64,000 nt of DNA from Lingula anatina (taxonomy: Eukaryota; Animalia; Brachiopoda). The stretch covers positions 10,850,001 through 10,914,000 of the forward strand of contig CM120641.1 in NCBI GenBank assembly GCA_051362555.1. Reading direction: 5' to 3'. Positions 1 to 14,229 of this stretch are shown piece by piece. The notes under the pieces are model-generated. The model had not been told where the DNA came from and ran no database searches. It saw nothing but the letters and a program-made list of their open reading frames with translations. Both the position numbers and the translations under genes were made by a program. The first letter of the stretch is position 1. The number at the start of each line of letters is the position of its first letter.

Positions 1-43
1 GTGCAAATTTTGTGACATCTGTGGATGTTCTTATCATTTTTAG

Positions 44-3000
44 CACCATGGCATTTGGGGGCCCTTCCTTGTGATTGCCCCTGCATCCACCCTACACAAT
101 TGGCAACAGGAATTCTCCAAGTTTTTGCCAAGATTCAAGGTAATTTCACTGAAGTGCTACAAGAAAGTAAGCCACAGTTATGATCTTCCAAGTATGTGGC
201 AATTTTTTTCTTGTTCCTATCAATATCTCCTTTTTGTGTGTGGTCACAGTTGGGACAGCACAAAGTGAACATCTGAACAACAGTTACATGAAATTACTGT
301 CAGTTTAGCCTAAAAGATTCTTGAGTAACAGACCCATCAAACTATAATGCATGTCAACTTCAAGAATGGACAAAAACATATTACTTTTCAAAAGCAACAT
401 ATTTTTAAAGAATGCATTGTTGCATATGTCATGTTGCAGCTTTATAAGATTGTTCTGAATGTTTTTGAATGTCAGGTTTTCATGAATTCTCATTCAGTGA
501 TGTTTTTATCCAGGTTGTACCATACTGGGGTAATACACAGGATCGTAAAATCCTTCGTAGCTTCTGGGATCAAGCCCACGCCTATACGGAGCAATCTTCC
601 TTCCACGTTGTGATCACCAGCTATCAGCTGGTCATCCAGGACATGAAATACTTCCAGAAGATCAAGTGGATCTATATGGTGCTGGACGAGGCCCAGGCAA
701 TCAAGAGTAGCAGCAGTATCCGCTGGAAGATGCTGCTTGGATTCAGCTGTAGAAACAGATTGCTACTCACTGGAACACCCATACAGAATAGTATGGCTGA
801 GGTAAATGGATATGTTTTTTTCTTCAGTATGTCATTTCACTTTTTTTTGCAGTTCACAGTCAGTCTTGTCGGAAATTTGTATGGGGCCCAAGTATTTTTC
901 TTTTTGTGCTAAATATTCTTTAAATAAATAAATTGGCACATTCAGTGGTTCAGGCAAGAGTTATGGTTTGTCACAAAATGGGTGTTAAAAGCATTACCAT
1001 GAAGTTCATAAATGATTTTCATTTTAAAATAAATCTCAACAAGGATTCAGTGAACATGTCAAAGCCTTTGCTTGAACCTCATATTGACATTTTAGAATCA
1101 GCATTAACCTTTTTTCTTGCTGTAACAGGTAAGTTTTGATAACTGAAAATTATTTACTTAAATTTTATTGATATACTTTTTAAATGCCTTTCCAGCTGTG
1201 GGCTCTTCTGCATTTTATCATGCCTACGCTGTTTGATTCCCATGATGAGTTCAATGAGTGGTTCTCTAAAGACATAGAGGGAAGCGTGGAGAAAATGTCT
1301 GGCATGGATGAAAGTATGTATACTTATGCAAAAGCAACTTTCTTTATCATGTTTGTCACTAAGAGTGCTACCTTTTATCATGTATTCAACACATCTTTAT
1401 TTAAATCCTTTTGATTTAGGTGTTCGATTTAATAAAGTTAGCTCTTTTAATATAACACTTAAAGTGACTAAATCTTCTTTGCTGTGAATTAAAAATTTTT
1501 ATTAAAATAGTGCATCTTATAGTATCCAAATTATCCTGGCAGGAACTGATTTCTTTGTGCTTTAAAGTGATTGTTTTTCCTTCCAGATTGCCTGTCAAGA
1601 CTTCACATGATATTAAAACCCTTTATGTTGAGAAGAGTGAAAAAAGATGTAGAAAATGAGCTCTCTGATAAGGTAGGGTTGGTGTCAGAAAGGCATTAGT
1701 ACGGTAATTGCTACCTCATATTTAAGTTAGATACCAGGTGTCTGTTTTATTTTAAAAGAAGTTAGATTCATTTTACTCCTATTGTAAAATTCATGACTTA
1801 TATATGATAATATATATTGCTATTATTATTGTTGTTGTTGTGGTGATGATGATGATAATTGTACTGTTAGGACATGGTCCATACTTTCAATTTTCACTGT
1901 TAATAGTTAAACCTCACCATTTGTAAACTTAATTGTAACTGAGAAGTCACCCTTGTTATTGTGCTGTCACCCAGTATTAGCCTGGTCAGACAGAAGTTGC
2001 TAGTAATAAATGAAATAATATTTGTAGTATTCCTGAAAACATCATATTTATAATATACATGTTAAATGCCAGAATTACTCTTTCCACAGATTGAAATCTT
2101 AGTGTACTGCCATTTAACAAGGCGACAGAAGATCTTGTATCAGGCCATTAAAAACAAGATAAGAATAGAGGACCTAATACAGTCGGCAATGGCCACATCA
2201 GCATCTCAAGCACAGAGCACAACAAGTAGTCTCATGAATTTAGTCATGCAGTTTAGAAAGGTAAGAGCTACCACAGCACCAACGGCAATTTTTCTTAATT
2301 TCTGAGTTACAGAAATTATTTTGTTGATCAGTTATATTTACAGTAGATGATTAGATGTTTTCTACTTATCAACAAAACATTATAACTTATAAAATAAAAT
2401 ATAAAAATAGGTATTTTCTAGTTTTGTTTCTATATATATATATATTAACCATACATGTCATATTGGTGTCAAGCAAATTATTTCAACCAACAGGTGTGCA
2501 ATCATCCAGAGTTATTTGAACGTAGAGAAGTGAGGAGCCCATTCCATTACAAACCAGAGACATTCATCTTGCCAAAGAGGATATATAGAGAGTGTAAGTA
2601 CATTAAAGCAAACTGGTTTTTCTTGATATTGTCAGATTTTTATGATTCTAATGATTTTTTAAAACAAACATTCCTAAAACTTTATGTGTTGTGGAAATGT
2701 ATTTTGGATATGTAAGGTCTTTTTTTTTTTTTTAAATGAAATGAACTTTTTTGTTGTTTAATGTTACTAAATACTTACAGTGTCTTTATGTAATTCTAGG
2801 TTTGATTGATCATGCTCTTCCCAGCAAACAAAGATTGTTGTATAATATGTTTTGTATATACAACCCAGAAAATGTACACCGTTCATTGGTTGGCACCAGT
2901 GGTAAGTAATTGGTCATTTTTGACAGTTCTTTGTCATTGTAGTTAGATGGTCTCGTAAATAGCTTTTTGTACTTCCTGAGGCTCACTGACATTAGTCCAC

Positions 3001-6000
3001 ATGAACTTACTTTGCTAGTTTTTATTTATCAGTGAATTATGATTATTTCTTCATTTTTAGATGGTCTTGTAAAGAGCAGTTTCTCCTTCCTGAGGTTCAT
3101 AGACGTCAGCCCTCAGGAACTTGCATCTGTGATGTTAGGAGGACTTCTGGTCAGGTGGGTTGTATATTTGTAATGTTTTCTACTAATAAGAGGCAGTTAT
3201 ATCAATTTAGTGCCAAGTAGAAAAAAGCTAATTTTGCCTATTTGATATATGGTAAAATATCTGCCAGTTCATCACTGATTTAGGGGGGGAAGCATCCCAT
3301 AAAATGAAATAGTTATTAATGGATGTATGAATTAAGTGTCAAATTTTCACATATTTTGTCACACTTTTTGATGCTAAAACTCATCAGGTTTGAAAACATG
3401 TTGCTTAAATTGTCTATTTTTAATATAATTTAATAATTTATTTACTAAAATCGCAACCTAAAGGTTGAAGTTTTACAATGTGTCTTAAATAATAAAATCA
3501 TAAGGTATTTTAAAATTAACTAAAAATTATAAACTAAAGGACCAAAGACTTATAAGACAGTTTGAAGCAGTAATTTACATAAAATTTAAAAGACTGTGCA
3601 TTATAAAAGATGATTTAAAACGCTCCGTTTTTACTTTTGGTATTAAAAATTTGTTGCTGTCCCTTAGATTTCTTGGGTTCTTTTGTTTAAACAGATGGTG
3701 TAGCTTATTAAAATTCTTGATTTTTGTAAAAAAGTTCTTAAGTAAAACGTCTCTTCTCTCCCTCAGAGAGGTGAGATTACTAGCCTGTAGGGCATCCTTG
3801 TAAGTATAAAATGGGTAAATAATTCTTTACTAATAATTCTTGGGTAAATTTTCAGGTGGTTAGCTTTGTTTTTGTGGCTGAAATCTGCAAACAGGATATA
3901 CCACCAGCAGCAGTGGCACAGTGATGAACCAAAAGTCAAGTGAGTTGATTTTAGGATTTCCAAGTGTCACTGTTAGAAATATATCACATAATAACTGTCC
4001 CTGAGCTGTTTCACCATAAATATGATTGTGTGAATCTTGCTGCTGCTAACTACTCTGAATTGCATGTGTTGTTACTCATTTAGGTATTTAAGCAATAAGG
4101 CATTCCTCCTAGAACCTCTTCAGACAGTGTATTTCCCCAGTGTACAGACCAGTCAGCACATCAAAGAGATGGTGTTCACTGGCTACAACAACACTGCCCA
4201 TGGCTTCCTGGAACACACATTACACTACATCCCAGAGACCCCAACCCATCGTAGAACAAGGCTACGACACTTGCATTTCCATGGACATGCTGGAAGACAA
4301 CTGGGGTCACCTACTTCTCGGACACCTCGCAGTCCACCTGTCTCTCCGACCAAAACTCTACCTACATCTCCTACAAAGGTTGGTATAGTTGATAAGTTTG
4401 ATGGTTAGGCATGATATTTTGAGGAGTATGAGTAGTTTGTTACTTAGATTAGTATCAGTGTAAGAATGGACTGAATTTTCCAAAAGATACCAATCAGCCA
4501 GAGACAACTCTGTCTCTGTGTATTCTATTTTGGAAGTATTTCCATGCATCAACTTAACAGGCCCAACTCAAGGTTATATGCACCACCAACCTCCCATCTG
4601 CCCTAGTCTTGAATATATTCTCATTAACATAGTCTTTTTAATTTTTTGGGATAACATAAAGCACATCTATAACGAAAATCTATTTTTTATTTTCCAGCGT
4701 CATCATTCTCACATTGACTTAGACAGTGCAATACATAGACATCTTCCCAGACCACCCAAGGTGCTCCCCTGTCAGCTGACTGATGTACCTGCCTTCCTTT
4801 ACAATGCAATGCCAAAGGTTAGTTGTAATATTGATGCTGACAGTGTCTGAACTTCTTGGTTTTTCTCATGATATAGCAGAATTGCATAAGTTGTATTTTG
4901 TTAATAAAAATGGTCAAACCTTGCCTTCTTGGACAGTTGATTGAAATTCCAGAGAATTTTAAAATAATGCCTTCTTACAGTTTTCTGTATAATTGGTACT
5001 TCTGTGTCACACATTTTAAATGATATTTCAGTCTTTTTGCATATATCTTTAGTAAAATATTTATTCATTTTTTGTTTCTAAGATTGCCTGTTGCCCAAGG
5101 GAGATCTATTGCTGTGATCGCAGTGCAGCATGGGAACACATGAGAGCCTCCCTGTGTGGTTCTTTAGATGCACGTAACTCGCTGTTGTATGGCACTCCAG
5201 ATGTTTATGAGCAGGTGCGATGGGCTAAGTATTACTTCTATCCAACTCTTCCATGTGGAATGTATGGGATCACACCCAAACATGGATACTCGGGAATATT
5301 TGTACCAGGTAGGTGAAGGCAACTAGCATGTAGTCTACATGCGCAAGTACACATGTATATACACTCTCACTAACACTCACTGTTGTATTACATGGCAACA
5401 ATGGTCTGTCCTTCTGTGCTATTATATAAGAAGTTTAACTTCTGTAAATTGAACACAAGATTTTATTTTACTTTTGCATGTGCAAACCTTTTTATTTAAA
5501 GATCTTATTCACTTATAGACAAGGAGACGTTAGTGACAGATGCTGGAAAGCTGTCAGTGCTGGATACTTTGCTTCAGAGGTTGAAATCTGAAGGGCACAG
5601 GGTACTGATCTACTCTCAGATGACAAGGATGATTGACCTGCTGGAGGTTAGTGAAATTGTGTTTTTATGCTTTGTGAGTTCATTTTGAATATGTAGTGAT
5701 GAGGTTAGAATTTGCCGTGAGAAGAGGAACTGTGGTCTTATTTATCCATATATCTTTTGATTTCTATCTGAATCTTTGTTTGCCTTTGATGAGATTCTGT
5801 TCTGTGCTACTTCTTTTCGCTGTAGCAAACTCTTTAGTAGTCTTTGCTGATGATCTTAATGTGGGTTTTGTTTATTACATTGTAACATTGCCTTATAAAT
5901 ATTGTTTTTTTTTTTTAAAAAAAACATCAAGGAATATATGTGGCATCGCAAACACACTTACATGAGGTTGGATGGTTCATCCAAGATATCTGATCGACGT

Positions 6001-8480
6001 GACATGGTGGCTGACTTCCAGACCAGGTCGGATATATTTGTTTTCCTCTTGAGTACCCGTGCTGGTGGCCTTGGTATCAATCTGACGGCAGCTGATACTG
6101 TGAGTACATTTATATTCTTTAATACAATATGTTTTAGGATTGCTTAAATCTAAGACGAGGTCCAGGTCATTTTATATCTCACAGTTTGAAGATAGTGACA
6201 GAGACGTTACTTTATCTCTCACAGTTTGAAAAGCTATATTGACCACTGAAAGGATGTTTCAAATAGTAAACATAGTTTTATAAGTTTAAAACAATTCACT
6301 TCATTTATTTTAGGTGATATTCTATGACAGTGATTGGAATCCTACAGTGGACCAACAAGCCATGGACAGAGCTCACAGGCTGGGGCAAACCAAACAAGTC
6401 ACTGTGTACAGACTCATATGCAAAGGATCCATTGAAGAAAGGATCCTAGAGAGAGCCAAAGAAAAGAGTGAGGTGAGGTGATTGAACATATTTATTATGA
6501 TTGAGATACATTATTTTGTGTTTCGTGTTATGTAGTATTTTGTTTTAAGCTAATAATCCAAAATATGTGCTGAAAACTTTTATTTTTACAGTAATTTTAC
6601 ATGTTGTTTGGGTTTTTAGATTCATCGCATGGTAATCAGTGGAGGTTCCTTCCGTCCAGATACTCTCAAACCCAAAGAAGTGGTGTCTTTACTGCTGGAT
6701 GATTCAGAAATGACGCGAAAACGTAAATTTTGTATTTTGACTCTTTTGCAATTTTTTTTAAAATTAGTTTCAAGTAAAAAAGTATTGATTTATAATCAGT
6801 GCAGTACTTAGTTTACTGTGGATAATTTTATTTATCTATTGAAAATACTGATTGGTTTGAAATTTTGATAAGCATTTTTTTAAACAAGTTTTTCTTAACT
6901 TCTCCCTTCCATTAGTGAAACAAAAGCAGGAAGAAAAGAGTCTGAAGCAAGAAAAGTACAAAGTCAAAGACAGAAACAGAAAAAGGGAACAATATGCCAA
7001 AGTAAGATTTTACTCTTTTTTTACTTGTAGGATTGTAAGTTTTAGCAGCTGGTCCATTTTTGATGAAGAATTCCCCTATAATCAGTTCCCATCTGCATTT
7101 TTTCCTTATTATATAAATGTAATGACAAATCTATCAATCCACACTATTTAAACTTTTTCTATTCACAGAAAAAGCAAGAAAAAGGTGAAACTGTACGAAA
7201 AAGGAAAAAAGATAATTCAGCATCAGCTGCAGAAGAGTCCAACTTTACTATCCCAGCAGACAGTGAGTCCATGTACAGTTGTGACTCTCCTTCCATCCCA
7301 CCCAGTCCTGGGAGTGTGGTGAGTCAAAGATTAGGACTTGCCCATTACATTGGTTTAGAATGTGAAATATAAAGGTTGCCCTATATATGTATTGACTAGA
7401 TCATGATATTGTCGGAATCTTACTCTAATCTAATCTTAGAAAACACTTTGGTTTAGGCTTTTACATAAAGTGATATTTATTACATAAAGTATATTTAACA
7501 TACCCTAGTAGAATGTGATAAAAATAGTTTTTTTTCCTCTTTTATAGGTTTCTGTTGGCAGTGAACAACCGCTGACTATTGATGAGAGCAGTAATGATGG
7601 TGGACTGTTAATAGTGGATGATGCACACTCTACTTTTCCTCCAGGTTGGTTGATTGAATGGGCAAAAACTAAAAAACTTAATTCCAAAAGAATAGATATT
7701 GGTGCATTTAATTATTATTTATTGTCAATATAAAGATATAGCATATATTAAAATCCAACTTCCTGAATTGCCATTTGTTAGATACGAAAAGCAAATATTC
7801 AACAATACATATTTTTGATATTTTGTCCTTTGAAGCATTTTATAGTTTCTTACTGTGAAAACTTTTATTTGAACTTCACTTGTAACTGTTGATTTTAGAG
7901 AAACACAACTTAAATCAAAATACAATTACCGTCTTGTTTTACAGTCACAACGCAGGTCACATCCACTCCAAAGAGAGGGTCTGGGCGACGAGGGAGACCA
8001 AGGGGTTCAGGAATGGGACGCCGTCCCCGGGGTAGGGGAAGTATCACTAAGGCACTTACAGCGGCTGAGATTGCAGGGGCAAAAGCAGGGAAGTCTGCAG
8101 CATTTAAGGCATATGGCTACAGCTTTACAGGTACTGGATATTGGTATTTTTTGTATTTTATTGGTATTAATCAGAACAAATTTTTACCAGTTAATGTTGT
8201 GCAATTTATTTTGTGTTGATAATTTTCTTGATATATTACTGCTCTTCTGTTCTACTAGTAAAAAATGCGAAACATACAGGTAGTTTTTTGTAAGAAAAAG
8301 ATCTCATAAATGAGGGCAATGACTAAATTATCAACTCACATTTTAATAGTCATTTGCATGGCAAAAGTGTCAACAATGCATATGTATATAATATAATATA
8401 ATATAAAGTATGCATTTCTGATCATTTCAGGCACAGAGGAGACCTCAAACCAATCTCAGACAGACTCACAGGGACTATGA
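44..8480 (+). CDS. INO80: INO80 chromatin-remodelling SNF2-family ATPase, 5'-truncated. Exons approx. 44-139, 514-801, 1196-1313, 1587-1672, 2090-2260, 2494-2593, 2800-2901, 3061-3154, 3856-3939, 4084-4378, 4698-4817, 5083-5308, 5519-5646, 5932-6099, 6314-6472, 6620-6722, 6916-7001, 7169-7318, 7548-7644, 7945-8130, 8431-8480
   Basis: Spliced translation gives [102 protein letters not shown], a long split-ATPase insertion, [76 protein letters not shown] and C-terminal AGAKAG..AAF.AYGY. GT-AG introns keep the frame; TGA at 8478-8480. Confidence 0.96.
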
Positions 8481-10659
8481 TTGGTTTTTACTGACATTCA
8501 ACTCACTTAAATGGTTACCTCAATAACACAAAGATGAACATTCATGGAAGGCAAAACTTTTGATCCCAACAAAGAAATAATTCAGTTTCTATTGCAGTTT
8601 GAAGTATTAACTATTTATGATGTTATGTATTATCACTGCATTTTGAATGAGAAGGTGACACGTGCCTTGTTTTTGTTAAAAAATAAGCATAGTATAAAAT
8701 TTGACTTTTGGTCATTTGTGGAAAAGAAAATGCTCTTGTCTAGAAAATTTTATATTTCATCATATAACATTATACCTTTCTGGTATTTCTTTGAATAATT
8801 CATAAAATCTGCCTCAAAAGTTTGGTATTTCTAGTGTGATTAAAATTTCTATCGGAAAAGGTGTAAGAGGATTTTTAAAAAATTCTTTAAATTATTTTGT
8901 TTATGATTGAATATATTAAGTTGTATAAGCAGCTGTTCCTATTTTGAACACTATGCCTTGAATGCTATTACACACTGTTGTGCTGAAGATCTTCCAAGAA
9001 GACCTGCATTTATTGTTTGATCAACAGTTCTGTTTATCTCACAACTCAATTTAGAGTACGCTCATAAAATAAGGCATAATTGGGATTTTTAAAATTTTTG
9101 ATTCAAAATAAAACTCATAAAATTCATATTCTATACAATGACTGTGAGTTGCTTATGAAGCCATAAAGTGATGTGGGCAATAGAAGTAGTGCAATTCATG
9201 AAGCACAAAGCCCATAGGATGGAATGATAGACCCTGTCTCCAGACCCACTTTCTGCTGTCCTCACTGTCCTGGTAAAGGAGTGAGGGAAGTCTGACCTAG
9301 TTCACTGAAGTACCACTGGCCTCTGCCGACCTCAGTGTATCATGAGACTTGATAACAAATAATAGTTGGTTAATAGAGCATGGTCTGAATTAATTCTATA
9401 TGTTTCTCCTAGTGTACCTTGAGTTACTGCTAGGCGAAAAGACTATTATCAGGCCAGAAACCTGTTGACTAGCATGACTTCTTTTAGAACAATTTGCCAC
9501 TTCCGTCCCCTTAGCACAAAAATCCCTGCGTTAGGCCAGGCAAAATTGTTACGTTTGTTTACCAAGTTAATTTTTGGGAAATCCTATTTTTCCGTTCACA
9601 TTTTTGATGGGGAAAATGCACTGTGTATTGTTGTGGTAAGCGGCATAAGTTTACTATTGACCCCAGGGAGAAACCGAAATGCTGCTGCTTTAATGGTTTG
9701 TGGATTTGAACCCTCTCCTCCACCCCCCACCCCCCGAAAAATACATAAAAAAGAAAGAATACATCGACAGAGTCCGAAATTTAGCTCTGCCGTTAAACAT
9801 AAGTTTACAAAACCAAAATAAATGTCGTTCAAAATAAATGTGTTTACAAAGAGTTGTCGCTAGTGAACCTTAGCACTCTTAATTCTTAACGCTTTCTGAT
9901 ACGCGCGAACGCATATAAAAGATTCTGCAGGTGCAAATATCTTGATAAGGACAGTCAGCTAGGGAAACGACAGCATGTCGGACGCTTTCAAATCTAGTGC
10001 TCATCTTTCACCGCAAGTCATGCTATCCTCCGAGAAAGCGCTTGAGTGAAACGAATGACGCACGTCCTCAAAGGCCTTCTGAAGTAGTAGCACAGGGAAA
10101 CAACTAGCAAAAACATCCCCCAGTACTTGCATGGGTGGAAAAAAATTTGACTCAAAGTAGACCAATTTGTGTCAATTTCAGACACATTTAATTGAATTTA
10201 AATGATTCAACAGATATATGATAACTTATATCTGCAAATTCAATTGTTGGCACCTCGTTGTCTCCCCCCCCTCCCCCCTCCTCTTATATTTTTAAATCCG
10301 GATTATCCTGGTTCCTTTGCTCTTCTTTGATTTATTTTTAATAATAAGGAACAACGTGACTGTTTCCTTGTGTGTTTTCCATTTTCCACTCTATATAATG
10401 ACGGGGGAAATTGGTGAGATTTTTTTCAAAGAGCGAATTAATTAATTTTAATATTTAAGCAAGACGTCCCATGCACACTCGCGCCCATACACACACACAC
10501 ACACACACCTGCAGAGGTCTACTACATTTCACAAAATTCGTAGACAGTGTACCACACTTAATCGGAACCAGATCAAACCGGATTCTGATCGTAAACAGGA
10601 TACATACAAACACATAACAAAGTAGTTGACCCTTCGAACTGGACCCTGCAGGTCTCTCA

Positions 10660-10765
10660 ATGCGGGTTGCATCAGCTAGGAGGCGTAATGAATGAATGGG
10701 CACGTCATAATGGGAAAGAAACGCGATTGGACGTTACTATAATGACGTCAGACATACTATATATA
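10660..10765 (+). promoter_or_regulatory. ChaC proximal promoter: C/EBP-ATF (AARE) site, CRE half-site, CCAAT, perfect CRE and TATA
   Basis: GTTGCATCA 10666-10674 (= TGATGCAAC), CACGTCAT 10701-10708, ATTGG 10726-10730, TGACGTCA 10743-10750 and TATATATA from 10758, all within about 190 bp upstream of the ATG at 10852. Confidence 0.65.
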
Positions 10766-10851
10766 CAATTGCTGTCTGTCCGCAAACTAGTAAACACACA
10801 GTAGCAGTTGTTATTGCTGGTAAGAGGGTGTGTAAAGACAAAATTGACGCA

Positions 10852-12196
10852 ATGCCTAGCAGCCCTCACGAAACACCCTCTATGTGGGTGTTCGGCTATG
10901 GTTCATTGATCTGGAAACCAGGATTTACTTATACAGAAAAAATAATAGGTTTTATCGAAGGGTACGCGAGACGGTTTTGGCAAGGAAGCATATCCCATAG
11001 AGGAACGTCTGAATACGTGAGTTCACTTCGTCATATACAATATACGTTTCCAGGCCACTTAACATATTTCAGATACATTTTACTCTATGCTAGAATAGAT
11101 AAATGAAACGCAAAGTAAGAGCACACTCCAAACTGAAAGACCTTCTATTGGTCACGTTTTGTTTAGGCCCTAGCATTGATCCAATTTTGATTTGTTTACA
11201 ATTTTAGCCCGGAAGAGTTGCGACATTGGTGAAAGAAAATGAGGTGAGTTCGTTTTCCTTTATTAAACACAGCATAATATGCTAGAAAGATACGAGTGTC
11301 GACTTGCATAGGGCATGTCGTGTGCCATTTCGGAACGCTGCATATAGGCTCCACAGCCACTCTATCACGTAGTGATCATTGCATCAGCTTGCTTCGTGGA
11401 GTATATATTATGCAAATTAGCCACGTGCAGCTTGCGTGCTATTATTTCAAGATGGATCACTGGCGTGCTTTGTTGCCCAGTGTTTATCAAAAGAGGCACG
11501 GAATGATAATCGGAAAATATCATAAAAACTTAAGTATGTGCTTTTGTTCAATTTCAGAGCAAAGTTTGGGGCCTAGCTTACCTATTAGTTGGAGATGATC
11601 AGATAGCTGAAGCAATGGACCATTTAGACTTGCGAGAGTGCACGTTAGGAGGATACACAACATTCACTGAAACCTTTTATCAGAAAGATAAAGAGGACAC
11701 TGTCACTGTATGGATATATACGGCAACCCCAGACAACCATCTATATACAGGGCCTGAAACGGTGGAGCAGGTGGCACATCAGGTCTCCAAAGCTCGGGGA
11801 TTTTGTGGACACAATGCAGAATACGTCCTGAAAATTGCCAACTTCATGCAACAGCACTTGCCGAACGTAGAGGAGGATGACCTTTACACCCTGGAAAAAT
11901 TGATTTTAAAGAACCTAGAAAAAATGGGATTCACAGTGTATTTGAAAGATCACGTGTTCTCGTTAATAGAAAACAACCCAGATCTAGAGTACGGTGAAAA
12001 TATGTCGCTTCACAACGGTTCTCTGCAAGCTGAGAAAACCTCCAATCTCAAACCTGTCCCACCTCTACAGCACGGTAGAAAGGTTAGGGTGTATGGTACG
12101 CCAGAGTGCGAGCCTGAAAATCACTTATTTGATAACGCTTCCGATGACGAAACATGCCTTATTTGCAACTGCTCCAGAATGCAAAGTGCTAGTTGA
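10852..12196 (+). CDS. CHAC1: ChaC-family glutathione-specific gamma-glutamylcyclotransferase (CHAC1-like). Exons 10852-11016, 11208-11243, 11558-12196
   Basis: [15 protein letters not shown]...[34 protein letters not shown]...[11 protein letters not shown] (catalytic Glu region)...[13 protein letters not shown]...[14 protein letters not shown]. Introns are canonical GT-AG, phase 0. Confidence 0.93.
11378..11386 (-). promoter_or_regulatory. Second C/EBP-ATF response element (AARE consensus) in ChaC intron 2
   Basis: ATTGCATCA (= TGATGCAAT) is an exact AARE core, followed by GCT as in the promoter copy. Confidence 0.4.
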
Positions 12197-14229
12197 TTGA
12201 ACACTGAGTTTATGAGAACTGTGCGAGTCACATAAACCTAACAGATGGTGCTAATAAAGTGTATATAGGTGGTGCTTGTGAAGTTTATGTCAATGGCCAA
12301 TTTAAATGGCTGTACTATATTAATTTATTAAGCTTAAGCTTGGACGACTAACGTCCAAGGCTTAGGTTATTTAACATGTATATATTTCTGTTTAAGGTCA
12401 TTTGAAATGACTTGGATATGCTTATTTATTTTTCTCAAGTAAAGGTCACAATAATAAATTGTCTATGTTGATCTGAATTATTTTTGAAGGTGTGATTACG
12501 CACTTAAGGCACAATACGAATTGTGATTTTGCGAAAGATCTCTTGTTATTCATAATAAATAAATAAATATATATATATATACGATATTGATGTTATTGAT
12601 ATTGGTGTTTTTTTTTATATACATTAAACAAAAAAAGCATGCTACATAGATCTTTACCGTCCTGCACGTGGTTAAAAGTGAAACAGCAGAAAGCGCTTTT
12701 ACAGCATCCCAGGCAGACTTGCACTAATGCGCGCCTTTTACAAAGAAATGAAGTAATGATTGAAAGATAATTTCAGCACATGATATACATAGTTTTGTTT
12801 CTGAGTATTCATTCGCGTTTTTTTTTCTTTTGCAGTATTTATCATAGTCAACAGAGTACATGTTTGTCCTTCTGTACTTACACGATGAACTACAAACCAT
12901 TTATCATTGTACCTCATATTTAACGCCAAGTAAAGTGGGCTTTAAATCATATCTCAGCATTTTGGAAAAATTTTATGAGCGGATCGGAAAATATGTCACT
13001 TGTCTCAACATCATTGGGAATATGAGAAAGTTAACATTAGTTGTTGTTTTATTTGATACGTCTAAACTGGACTTTTTGAACTAAAGATTATTATCTCGCA
13101 AAAGTGAAAACGATTTTAATGCCGTTGGAAACGATTTTGTAGGTAGAGTAAAATAATATCATATAGTTTTGAAACCTATTGAATTGAAAACAATGTGTAA
13201 TGAGGAAAACGTTCGTATTTGCCCCGCCGCTTATATCCGCTGGTCGAGACCCTAGTTAACCTATGTCCAACTTCAGGTTCCCAAATTTTGCAGATATATA
13301 TTCCCTTGTCGCTTTTGTTTTTCATGTTTAGCCCCCCATCCCGTCCACGATTAAAATTTGCTTTTTACGCATCTGCTTATCTTATCCACTCTTCAACACA
13401 CTGAATAACTAGCTTTAATTCAAATAACACGCAATGCTCAAGGGCTGAACGAAGAATGCAATTTTTAAAAGAAAAATCATGCAAATCACATGATTCTGAA
13501 GATATATTTTCCATGGTTTTGGATGTTCCCATTCTATACATTTACTATACACTGGACAATTAGAAATTTGCACTTTGTCTTTAATTACTTATAAAAACAA
13601 AAATATTCTATTTTGTCGAGTTTGTATTGCAAACAACATGCTAGTGAGATATACTAAACATGAAGAGTAAATATCCAAGATCTTGATGTGTGAAAGGTCT
13701 TTAATCGGCTAATCAGTCTCATGTAATGATTTTCCTTATTAGATTGTGTGCTGAACAATGTGTATACATGAACAACACAGAGATCATTCCTGGTAGCATT
13801 CCTGCAAATAGAGAACCATGCCGGAACAGGTTTGACCACCCTACCGATTTTAATATCTGGTATACGCCCCTATCTCACAGGGTAACTTTATATTTGCAAT
13901 AGCTGACTGACGCAATATCGTATTATGCATATCATATTCACGGACATTTTCGTCTCAACACAAGACAGAAAGTTTGGCCACAAAGTGACACCGGCTGGTG
14001 CTACAATGGGCTTCATTAAGAGCCCGACGTTCTTGTTGTTTTAGTCCCAGCAGATTAGCTCCCCCTGTTGACAAAAGCGTCTGAAAAAAATCTAATAGAT
14101 AATGTGACCAGCTCAAGTTCAATATATCCTGATCCTTTTCCCTCCCCTCCTGTCGTTACTCTGCTGTGACGGACGGAGTGCAGAATAAGTACTTCACTCA
14201 CACCTCAAGAGACCCACAACTCGCCGCGG

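Noticed and set aside
6170-6232. Short direct duplication TTTAT(A/C)TCTCACAGTTTGAA in an INO80 intron
   Set aside because: A simple local slippage duplication with no further structure.
7986-8040. AT-hook-like RRGRPRG in the INO80 C-terminus
   Set aside because: GRP-type basic motifs are, as I recall, already present in the C-termini of animal INO80 proteins, so this is not novel.
9640-9730. GGATTTGAACCC B-box-like motif suggesting a tRNA or SINE
   Set aside because: No cloverleaf or A-box could be built; at most a decayed SINE fragment.
9465-9832. Overlapping 118-aa and 78-aa ORFs between INO80 and ChaC
   Set aside because: No recognisable domain or splice context; likely chance ORFs.
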